DNA of 55,347 bases from a virus (taxonomy: Duplodnaviria; Caudoviricetes): IMG/VR virus record IMGVR_UViG_3300046170_000038, positions 1 to 55,347 of that record; one strand, written 5' to 3'. The stretch's first letter is position 1, and every line of letters begins with the position of its first letter. This document shows positions 8,310 to 16,471 of this stretch, one piece after another. Below the pieces are notes generated by a model. The model made no database searches. It saw only the letters and a list, made by a program, of their open reading frames with translations, and was not told the DNA's origin. The position numbers and the translations under genes are program-made.

Positions 8310-9533
8310 ATGGAACTAGCACTAATACGCAGCCTGATGAACAAAGAGTTTTATGACAGTCATCGTGGCTCTCGTTGTCCAGAACGATTGTTCAGCCCTG
8401 ATGTACGCAAGATTAAGAAGGCCATTGACAGTGCAATGCACCGTTATGAGCGTACCGTTACACCTGACGAGATTGAGGCGTTGTTTATGTCCAACAATGC
8501 TACCCTGACAACAGCACAGAAGACTGCCTATAGTGCGCTGTTCGCTACAGTAAAGCGAGAACAGCCTATGGGTGAGGACATTGCACAAGAGGTGCTATCC
8601 AAGCTGTTCCAACAGGTGATTGGTGAGGACATTGCTAACCTTGGCTTTGATTATGTCAATGGTACAAAGGATACCCTTGAGCCACTACGTAATATGCTTG
8701 AGCAATATGGTGATGACTTCACGCCCAAGCTAAACATTGAATGGGAAGACACAAGCATTGATCATATCCTTGCACTCAACAGTCTTGAGAGCCAGTGGAC
8801 ATTCAACATCCCTACACTTACCCGTAAGGTTGAGGGTGTTAATGCTGGTCACTTGATTGAGATTGGTGCTAGGCCCAACACTGGCAAGACTTCATTCCAT
8901 GCCAGCCTGATTGCTGGTGAGAATGGCTTTGCATGGCAGGGTGCTAAGTGCATTGTGTTATGTAACGAGGAAGGCTATCACCGTGTAGCACACCGCTACA
9001 TCACTGCCGCCTCTAACATGGAAGCCAAAGAGGTTGTAGCCAACAAGTCAAAGGCAATGGCTGCATACGATAAGATCAGGGATAACGTCAAGTTCAAGGA
9101 CGCTACTGATCGTGACATGTCATGGGTTGAGAGTGTCTGTAAGACATACAAGCCTGACATTGTGGTGCTTGACATGGGTGACAAGTTCGCCAAGACTTCT
9201 GGCTACTCTCGCCCTGATGAAGCACTAAAGGCTAACGCTATCTATGCTAGACAGATTGCAAAGCAACATGGCTGCGCTATCTTCTACATGTCTCAGCTAT
9301 CTGCTGATGCAGAGAACAAGGTGGTACTCAACCAATCCATGATGGAAGGTAGTCGTACAGGTAAGGCTGCAGAGGCAGACCTAATGCTGTTGATTGCAAA
9401 GAATCCACCTGTTGAGGGACAGGACGAAGAGGACACCATGCGTCACCTCAATGTTGTCAAGAACAAACTGTCTGGTTGGCATGGTATTGTACATACCAAT
9501 CTGAACTACAAGACAGCGAGGTACGAGGCATGA
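8310..9533 (+). CDS. DnaB/T7 gp4-like SF4 replicative helicase
   Basis: Walker A GARPNTGKTS, VVLD, MSQL, EADL, VKNK. Confidence 0.93.
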   Translation: MELALIRSLMNKEFYDSHRGSRCPERLFSPDVRKIKKAIDSAMHRYERTVTPDEIEALFMSNNATLTTAQKTAYSALFATVKREQPMGEDIAQEVLSKLFQQVIGEDIANLGFDYVNGTKDTLEPLRNMLEQYGDDFTPKLNIEWEDTSIDHILALNSLESQWTFNIPTLTRKVEGVNAGHLIEIGARPNTGKTSFHASLIAGENGFAWQGAKCIVLCNEEGYHRVAHRYITAASNMEAKEVVANKSKAMAAYDKIRDNVKFKDATDRDMSWVESVCKTYKPDIVVLDMGDKFAKTSGYSRPDEALKANAIYARQIAKQHGCAIFYMSQLSADAENKVVLNQSMMEGSRTGKAAEADLMLLIAKNPPVEGQDEEDTMRHLNVVKNKLSGWHGIVHTNLNYKTARYEA

Positions 9534-9703
9534 TAAATAGAGACACACACAGAGAGTTATGTGAAAAGTATGAGGCGGTAAAACGTGACGCAAAGTATTG
9601 GGAAGCACAAGCTAAGACATTACGTACACGTAACGTACATTTACTAGAAGATGTAGAAAGACTGTCTGCACAATTAAGGTTATGGAAAGGTACAGCACCG
9701 TGA
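9530..9703 (+). CDS. Small coiled-coil hypothetical protein
   Basis: ATGA overlap with the helicase stop; GAGG SD. Confidence 0.6.
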   Translation: MINRDTHRELCEKYEAVKRDAKYWEAQAKTLRTRNVHLLEDVERLSAQLRLWKGTAP

Positions 9704-10131
9704 ATAACTATGTATATACAGCCATTGGACTTGTGGTATTTTACATTGGCCTTAAGATGTTTAGTGGTGGTATGAAATCTATGGGTAACATAGACCACTT
9801 GACTTGGTTCTTGGGCAACCCAATCTATATGTTCTTTGGGTCAATCGCTATGACACTGGCATGGCAGAGTAGTAGCCTTAGTACTACAGCAATCATTGCT
9901 TTGGTTGCATCAGGTGTACTACCCTTACCTGCTGCTGTGGCTGCTGTATTAGGGGCTAACATAGGTACAACAGGGACTATCTGGTTGGCAGGGCTGCTAG
10001 TGTCTGACGGTATGCCAAGGGGTGACACACTACGCATAGCCATGATACACACTGGCGTTAATCTTTTGATGGCGATAAGTCTATTGCCATTTGTAAATCA
10101 CATAGCTAAGTATGTTGGGAGAGTAGGGTGA
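9700..10131 (+). CDS. Single-repeat Na+/Pi cotransporter family membrane protein (NptA/SLC34-like)
   Basis: WQSSSLSTT and GANIGTT signatures, RIAMIHTGVN helix; hydrophobic throughout; GTG start at 9700 inferred from the GTGA overlap and SD. Confidence 0.85.
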   Translation: MNNYVYTAIGLVVFYIGLKMFSGGMKSMGNIDHLTWFLGNPIYMFFGSIAMTLAWQSSSLSTTAIIALVASGVLPLPAAVAAVLGANIGTTGTIWLAGLLVSDGMPRGDTLRIAMIHTGVNLLMAISLLPFVNHIAKYVGRVG

Positions 10132-10227
10132 ATGATGAGGAATAAGTCTGTAGTTTATTACTCACAAGTTACGCTGCAACGTAACTATTTAACTTTTACG
10201 CCATAGCGTAAAGAAAAGGACAGGAAA

Positions 10228-10545
10228 ATGAGACAGCACATATACGACACGTGGACACTAATCATGGACTCGGACAGAAGCCCCCTAAAGAATATACCTG
10301 ACAACAATGCCCGACACTTAATCTTGCAGATACTTGCATGGATGTGGTGTATTGTGTTTAGTATTTTCTTGGGCAGCTATCTTGTGTTTGGGTTGACAGC
10401 GATAGCTCATGTGTTACTACTGGCTGCAATAGCTGTGACTGTCGGTACGTTTGATACTGCTAACAGGAACCCAAAGACGTTATCTGATTTTGCCATGCGT
10501 CTTGATGGGTACAATGGTAGACGTAACAACGGAGAGCATGATTAA
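10228..10545 (+). CDS. Small membrane protein, function unknown
   Basis: PLKNIPD...ILQILAWMWCIVF...AIAH; two hydrophobic segments; AGGA SD. Confidence 0.8.
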   Translation: MRQHIYDTWTLIMDSDRSPLKNIPDNNARHLILQILAWMWCIVFSIFLGSYLVFGLTAIAHVLLLAAIAVTVGTFDTANRNPKTLSDFAMRLDGYNGRRNNGEHD

Positions 10546-10601
10546 ATTATGACTAAGAAAGATAATCGGATATAATCGGATATAATTGGAGTGGATAAAG
10601 A

Positions 10602-11276
10602 ATGTCACAGATTGAAGTAACATACATAGACCACATGGGTAGTGACCTGAGTGTAGTCAATGCAGCACGTGTATCCTTTGGTAAGAAGAGTGAGGCACTA
10701 GGTACATCAGGTGTAGAGGGTGAGCATATGACACCCATACTACATGATACAGACAAGAGACTAATTAAGTACCTAGCCAAGCATAAACACATGTCACCAT
10801 TTGGTCATGCCTTTTCCAGCTTCCATGTCAAGGCTCCTATCTTTGTAGCTAGGCAACTGGTCAAGCATAAGTTCCTACGATGGAATGAGATTAGTCGTAG
10901 GTATGTAGATGATGAGCCTGAGTTCTATGAGCCTGATGAATGGAGAGACAAGAGTGCAGATAAAAAGCAGGGTAGTGGAGGTAAAAGTCAGTCTCAATAC
11001 TTCCCTAACATCTATGTCAAAGAGGTATCAGACAAGGCACTAGGTGACTATAAAAAGATGTTGGTTCAAGGCATCTGTCCAGAGCAAGCACGTATGGTGT
11101 TGCCACAAAGCACCATGACTGAATGGTATTGGTCAGGTAGTCTTGACGCCTTCTCTGACATGTGTATACTAAGATGTAAAGAAGATACACAGTTTGAAAC
11201 AAGAATAGTTGCAAATGAAATATCTGCTTGTATGAAAGACCTGTTTCCTATAGCATGGGGAGCATTGACCGTTTGA
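10602..11276 (+). CDS. thyX: FAD-dependent thymidylate synthase
   Basis: VNAARVSF, HMSPF, APIFVARQ, NEISRRY and EQARMVLP motifs. Confidence 0.95.
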   Translation: MSQIEVTYIDHMGSDLSVVNAARVSFGKKSEALGTSGVEGEHMTPILHDTDKRLIKYLAKHKHMSPFGHAFSSFHVKAPIFVARQLVKHKFLRWNEISRRYVDDEPEFYEPDEWRDKSADKKQGSGGKSQSQYFPNIYVKEVSDKALGDYKKMLVQGICPEQARMVLPQSTMTEWYWSGSLDAFSDMCILRCKEDTQFETRIVANEISACMKDLFPIAWGALTV

Positions 11277-11291
11277 TAGGATACCCGACAC

Positions 11292-13331
11292 ATGATACTG
11301 ACACTAGACGTAGAGAATACAACGACAACACGTGATGGCAAGCTGCACCTTGATCCATTTGAGAAAGACAATTCATTGACACAGGTAGGTACACTGGATC
11401 AATCAGGTAACGAACACATCTTTACCTTTGACCATTCAGAAAAGCAGGGTACACAATTTGATCACCAATGTGTGCAGTCAATGCTTGACAAGACTACTGT
11501 ACTGGTTGCACACAATGCTGTACATGACTTGCTGTGGTTATGGGAGTCAGGCTTTACATATGATGGTAAGGTGTTTGACACCATGCTTGGTGAGTATATC
11601 TTACAGCGTGGGCAGAAGCAACCCCTATCCCTTGATGCATGTGCAGAGCGTTACGCATTAGACACACAGAAGCAGGATACACTCAAAGAGTATTTCAAGA
11701 AGGGCTACACCACACGTGACATACCCTTGGCTGAGTTGACAGAGTATTTGTCCCATGACCTACATGCTACACAGCAGTTGTACAATACAATCACTGCCAA
11801 GCTAGATGGTACTACCCTGCAGGACAGTGTTGATCTGACTAACCAACTTGCTATACACCTTGCTAAGATTTATCAGCGTGGCTTCAAGGTTGATACAGAT
11901 GCACTAGAGGCAGTACGTAAAGAGTACGAGGATGAACGTGACGAGTTAGTGCGTAGTCTTGAGGCACATACACATGAGTTGATGGGTGACAGACCTGTGA
12001 ACCTTAACAGTCCAGAGCAACTTGCATGGGTTGTGTATGGTCGTAAGCCTGATGACAAAAAGGTGTGGCCTACATTGTTTGAGGGACGTATGGTAGATGC
12101 TAAGTTCAAGTCTACCGTTACCAAGCACTCAACCAAGTTGTACAAACAGAAGGCAAAACAATGCAAGTCCTGCTACGGTAGTGGGCAAATCAGGAAGGTA
12201 AAGAAAGATGGAACTCCTTTTGCAAGACCCAACAGGTGTGTCGGGTGTGATGGTTGTGGGTATACTTTTGTGGATACTAACCAGTTAGCTGGCCTACAAT
12301 TCACTGCACCGACTGCCAAGTTCATCAGTGCCAATGGTTTCAGTACAGGCAAGGACAGCCTGACATACCTTGAGGGTGTGGCTAGAGCCAAGCAGATGCC
12401 AGAGGCAGTCAAGTTTCTACAGAACATGAAGCGTCTGAATGCCATTGAGGTATACATTGCCAGCTTCATTGGTGGTATTGCTACCCACACCAAGGCAGAC
12501 GGTAAGCTACATGCCCGTCTACTGCAGCACAGGACAGGTACAGGCAGACTATCAGGTGCTGACCCTAACATGCAGAACATGCCACGTGGCGGTACATTCC
12601 CTGTCAAGCGTGTGTTTGTATCACGATGGGATGGTGGACAGATTATGGAAGCTGACTTTGCACAGCTAGAGTTTCGTGTCGCTGCATTTCTGTCTCAAGA
12701 CATGGTTGCCATTGACGAGGTTATCACTGGCTTTGATGTACATGCCTACACTGCCAAGACCATCACAGATGCTGGTCAACCTACAGCTAGGCAAGCTGCC
12801 AAGGAACATACCTTTGCTCCACTGTTCGGTGCTACTGGGTATGGACGTACACCAGCAGAGGCTGCATACTACACAAAGTTCATGGACAAGTACAAAGGTA
12901 TTGCTGCATGGCACAAGAGACTAGCCGACGAGGTACTGGCTACTGGCTGCATTACCACACCATCAGGCAGGGCATTTGCTTTCCCTGATGCTACCCGTAA
13001 CAAACATGGAGGTGTGACATATTTCACACAGATAAAAAATTATCCGGTGCAATCCTTTGCAACGGCTGACATTGTACCTATATGTCTGATATACATAGAC
13101 AAGATGTTGGAGGCAAACAAGATGCAGAGTTGTATAGTCAACACCGTACATGACAGTGTGGTACTTGACATACACCCTGATGAAACAGACAAGGTACTCA
13201 AGATCATAGACAGAACAAACGACAGGCTGATATCCATTGTCAATAAGAAATGGAATATAGACTTCAACATTCCTCTATTATTAGAGGCAAAGATTGGCCC
13301 GAATTGGCTTGACACCAAAGACGTAGCATGA
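11292..13331 (+). CDS. polA: Family A DNA polymerase with 3'-5' exonuclease and inserted DnaJ-type zinc finger
   Basis: Exo motifs LDVE and HNAVHD; CKSCYGSG...CVGCDGCG insert; TGRLS, ADFAQLEFR, motif B KEHTF and VHDS. Confidence 0.95.
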   Translation: MILTLDVENTTTTRDGKLHLDPFEKDNSLTQVGTLDQSGNEHIFTFDHSEKQGTQFDHQCVQSMLDKTTVLVAHNAVHDLLWLWESGFTYDGKVFDTMLGEYILQRGQKQPLSLDACAERYALDTQKQDTLKEYFKKGYTTRDIPLAELTEYLSHDLHATQQLYNTITAKLDGTTLQDSVDLTNQLAIHLAKIYQRGFKVDTDALEAVRKEYEDERDELVRSLEAHTHELMGDRPVNLNSPEQLAWVVYGRKPDDKKVWPTLFEGRMVDAKFKSTVTKHSTKLYKQKAKQCKSCYGSGQIRKVKKDGTPFARPNRCVGCDGCGYTFVDTNQLAGLQFTAPTAKFISANGFSTGKDSLTYLEGVARAKQMPEAVKFLQNMKRLNAIEVYIASFIGGIATHTKADGKLHARLLQHRTGTGRLSGADPNMQNMPRGGTFPVKRVFVSRWDGGQIMEADFAQLEFRVAAFLSQDMVAIDEVITGFDVHAYTAKTITDAGQPTARQAAKEHTFAPLFGATGYGRTPAEAAYYTKFMDKYKGIAAWHKRLADEVLATGCITTPSGRAFAFPDATRNKHGGVTYFTQIKNYPVQSFATADIVPICLIYIDKMLEANKMQSCIVNTVHDSVVLDIHPDETDKVLKIIDRTNDRLISIVNKKWNIDFNIPLLLEAKIGPNWLDTKDVA

Positions 13332-13337
13332 TATAAC
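13309..13337 (+). promoter_or_regulatory. Sigma70-type promoter for the SSB operon
   Basis: TTGACA-N17-TATAAC(TAC). Confidence 0.7.
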
Positions 13338-13372
13338 TACAAAATTCGCTCAGTGTTAAGGAGAACATACAC

Positions 13373-14266
13373 ATGACAAATCAAGTAACAACGATTGATA
13401 CAAACAACTACGCAGCTATGGCTAAGGCTATGGGCATGGGTGACACAGCAGGAGAAAAGAAAACCAGTGCGCTTGCCCGTCTGCGTATCAACCACACACC
13501 TGTCATGGGACAGGCAGAGGTTAAAGGCAAGCAGGTAAATGTAGAGGTAGTGGAGGGTGGTACATACAAGCTAGAGATACCTGATGGGCCTACATACTTT
13601 GCAGAGAAGGTAAAGATTCGCCCATTCCTACAGCGTTTCATGTACAAAAAGTTTGTCATGGGCAGTGACACTACACCTAATCGTTATGTCAAGACTGTTA
13701 TGGGTGACAACCTAAACTCAGATATGAAGGACAATGACGGTGGCTTCAACTGTGGTAAACCTTCTGGTTGGATTGAAGACTTCAACAGTCTGCCTGACAG
13801 CATGAAAGAGTTGATCCGTTCTATCAAACGTGTGCGTGTACTCTTTGGTACTGTGGACATGGTGAACAGTACAGATGCACAGGGTAATCCTGTTGAAGCA
13901 CCTAGTACACCATTCATCTATGAGGTTGAGAACCGTGATGCCTTTAAGATTATTGGTAATGTCTTTACTAAGTTGGGTAAGATGCAACGCCTTCCACCAC
14001 AGCATTACATTGACTGTGCTACAGAGAAGCGTGACCTACCCAATGGTAGTTGTTTCTATCTGCCTACCGCAGACTTAGACCTCATGTCTACACTGGACAT
14101 GGACAATGATACACAGGCTACCTTTGCTGACTTCATTGCATGGATTGCTAACTACAATCAGTATATCCTTGGGGAATGGGGAGACAAAATGCAGCATGAC
14201 AATGAGGAAATACCAGATGCCATTGTAGAGGACTTGGTAGACATTGATGAAGATGCGTTTGCATAA
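13373..14266 (+). CDS. Probable single-stranded DNA-binding/annealing protein
   Basis: Lies after polA; acidic C-terminal tail ending DEDAFA; strong SD. Function inferred. Confidence 0.55.
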   Translation: MTNQVTTIDTNNYAAMAKAMGMGDTAGEKKTSALARLRINHTPVMGQAEVKGKQVNVEVVEGGTYKLEIPDGPTYFAEKVKIRPFLQRFMYKKFVMGSDTTPNRYVKTVMGDNLNSDMKDNDGGFNCGKPSGWIEDFNSLPDSMKELIRSIKRVRVLFGTVDMVNSTDAQGNPVEAPSTPFIYEVENRDAFKIIGNVFTKLGKMQRLPPQHYIDCATEKRDLPNGSCFYLPTADLDLMSTLDMDNDTQATFADFIAWIANYNQYILGEWGDKMQHDNEEIPDAIVEDLVDIDEDAFA

Positions 14267-15054
14267 TGTTTGATATGCCACCACAAGGCATTGTCTATGA
14301 CATGTCAAATGAGGACTACCACAAACAGGTAGGCTACTCTTCATCTGCCATTAAAACGGTGTGTAAGCAATCGCTTGCACACTACATGGCACAGAAACCA
14401 TTAGGTGACAGTCCAGCGTTTGCGTTGGGCAGTGCCGTACATGCTACGTTACTTGAGCCAGAGCGTGACCTTGTTACCAAAGGCCCAAAGACACGTACCT
14501 CTAAGCTGTACAAAGACCTGTATGCTAACAAGAAAGGTGACGAGGTTGTACTGACAGAGGTTGAGTATCATGTACATAACAAGATGTGTCAGTCAGCACT
14601 TGACAATCCAGTGTGCAATGCCTTACTGACACACAAGGAAAGAGTAACAGAAAGCAGTGTGTTTACAGTTGATCCTGTGAGTGGTCTTAACATTAAGACT
14701 AGACCAGACCTATACATACCAGAGACAGGACAGATCGTTGACATTAAAACTACTATTGATGCTTCGCCAAAAGGTTTTGCAGAACAAGTTGGTAAGTACG
14801 CTTATCATATACAAGCTGCTTTCTATTTGCTTACTTGTAAACTGGCTGGCATAAAGGCTAAAGAGTTTAGCTTTATAGCTATTGAAAAGACTGCGCCCTA
14901 TATGGCACACCTGCATGTCATGTCACCTGAGTTAGTTATAGAATCAACTAAGCAGGTTAAGGAAACACTCGCCCTTATAGCGGAGGCTAACAAGTCGGGT
15001 GAATATGGTACTGGTTGGGGAGATTACTCAACCCTAAAGGTAGGAGACTTTTAA
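14266..15054 (+). CDS. PD-(D/E)XK exonuclease (RecE/ExoVIII-like)
   Basis: SNEDYH, SSSAIK, GSAVHATLLEP, KTRPD, VDIKTT and YHIQAAFY. Confidence 0.88.
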   Translation: MFDMPPQGIVYDMSNEDYHKQVGYSSSAIKTVCKQSLAHYMAQKPLGDSPAFALGSAVHATLLEPERDLVTKGPKTRTSKLYKDLYANKKGDEVVLTEVEYHVHNKMCQSALDNPVCNALLTHKERVTESSVFTVDPVSGLNIKTRPDLYIPETGQIVDIKTTIDASPKGFAEQVGKYAYHIQAAFYLLTCKLAGIKAKEFSFIAIEKTAPYMAHLHVMSPELVIESTKQVKETLALIAEANKSGEYGTGWGDYSTLKVGDF

Positions 15055-15281
15055 TGTTCAATGAAGAAGAAATCAAAGATATGGAAGAGGCCATTGCCAC
15101 TATGGAAGATGACCTTAGCCAAGCCAAGGCAGACCTAAAGAAAAAGAAGTACGGTGCTTTACGTGAAGCTATTAATGCACGTAATGAAATGGATAAGGTA
15201 GTGCAGGAAGAGTTGACCAAGCTAAACCTGACACATAATCCTTGGACTGTACAGCCAAGCCGACACCTTTTCTGGCGGTGA
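15054..15281 (+). CDS. Coiled-coil hypothetical protein
   Basis: TAATG-coupled; GGAG SD. Confidence 0.7.
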   Translation: MFNEEEIKDMEEAIATMEDDLSQAKADLKKKKYGALREAINARNEMDKVVQEELTKLNLTHNPWTVQPSRHLFWR

Positions 15282-15733
15282 TGAATGGCAAGAGCTTTCG
15301 TGCAGCTAGAAAGTACGGGTACAGGAGTGGACTAGAAGTTAAACTAGCTACCTATTTAAAAGAGCAAGGTGTACTTGCCGAGTATGAATCAATGAAGATT
15401 GAATGGGAAGACTTGACATACCGTACCTATACACCAGACTTTATACTACCTAATGGTATCATCATTGAGACTAAGGGTATGTTTACTACAGACGATAGGC
15501 GAAAGCATCTTGCGATAAAAAAGCAACACCCTAAACTGGATATACGTTTTGTGTTTGAAAACGGTAGACGTAAGCTACGTAAGGGTGCTAAGAGTACTTA
15601 TGAAATATGGTGCGACAGGTACGGCTTTGAATGTTATGATAGGATTGTACCTGAGTCATGGTTAAAAGAAAAGGGTAAGGCATTAGGCACTAAGTTTGTT
15701 GCCTACCCACATCCCAAAGTAGTGAGGAAGTAA
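15281..15733 (+). CDS. T7 gp3-like endonuclease I (Holliday junction resolvase)
   Basis: YRSGLE, YTPDF, IIIETKG and DIRFVF. Confidence 0.93.
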   Translation: MNGKSFRAARKYGYRSGLEVKLATYLKEQGVLAEYESMKIEWEDLTYRTYTPDFILPNGIIIETKGMFTTDDRRKHLAIKKQHPKLDIRFVFENGRRKLRKGAKSTYEIWCDRYGFECYDRIVPESWLKEKGKALGTKFVAYPHPKVVRK

Positions 15734-16069
15734 ATGAATATAAAAGATATAGTAAATGATATGAGGGATGAAGACTTTATAATACGCATTACTCCTTACC
15801 ATGAGAATGGTGCATGGGATGGTGACGTACAGGTATCTCTGGTATCATCTGAGAATAACCCTTTGGGTGAAGAGGACTTTGCTTATCTATCTCACTTGTG
15901 TAGTATGCTATGTTCTGTTATACCTGTAATAGAGGAAGATGAATACGTAAGGGATGCACTACATAGCTATGTTCTTAATAGGTTAAGCGATGAACCTGAT
16001 GAAAAGCCTAGTTATACAGCAGACGGTAATGTGCTAACGCTAACATCTAAGACAAGAGGTAATGCCTAA
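15734..16069 (+). CDS. Hypothetical protein
   Basis: Packed in operon with SD. Confidence 0.75.
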   Translation: MNIKDIVNDMRDEDFIIRITPYHENGAWDGDVQVSLVSSENNPLGEEDFAYLSHLCSMLCSVIPVIEEDEYVRDALHSYVLNRLSDEPDEKPSYTADGNVLTLTSKTRGNA

Positions 16070-16320
16070 TGGCTAAATGGAAAGAGTTACCAGCAGATGT
16101 AGTCAATCATCCCCCACAGTACAATTCGGGGGGGATTGAGTGCATTGATGCAATGAAGGCAATGTCAGAGGGATCATATGTAGAGCCACACCATGCCTAC
16201 TGTTGGCAGAATGCCTTCAAGTACATATGGCGTTGGCCTTACAAGAACGGTGTAGAGGACTTGCGTAAAGCAAGGTGGTACATTGACCGATTAATACATG
16301 AGTTAGAAAATGAAAGCTAG
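16069..16320 (+). CDS. DUF3310 / T7 gp1.7-like nucleotide kinase
   Basis: DVVNHPPQY, IECIDA, NAFKYIWR and KNGVEDLRKARWY. Confidence 0.88.
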   Translation: MAKWKELPADVVNHPPQYNSGGIECIDAMKAMSEGSYVEPHHAYCWQNAFKYIWRWPYKNGVEDLRKARWYIDRLIHELENES

Positions 16321-16471
16321 GGTATTAATAAGTCTTGAAATAGATGAAGAGGACTACCCTATGCCAGTAGATGGTAGTGTTCAAGAGGAATTAAATGAAG
16401 CTATCTATGCATACATATATGATATAGATGGTATAAGTATAACCAAGATGAGGATAACAACTGATGAATAA
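16310..16471 (+). CDS. Small acidic hypothetical protein (53 aa, not in ORF track)
   Basis: MKARVLISLEIDEEDYPMPVDG... fills the gap before nrdJ. Confidence 0.65.
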   Translation: MKARVLISLEIDEEDYPMPVDGSVQEELNEAIYAYIYDIDGISITKMRITTDE

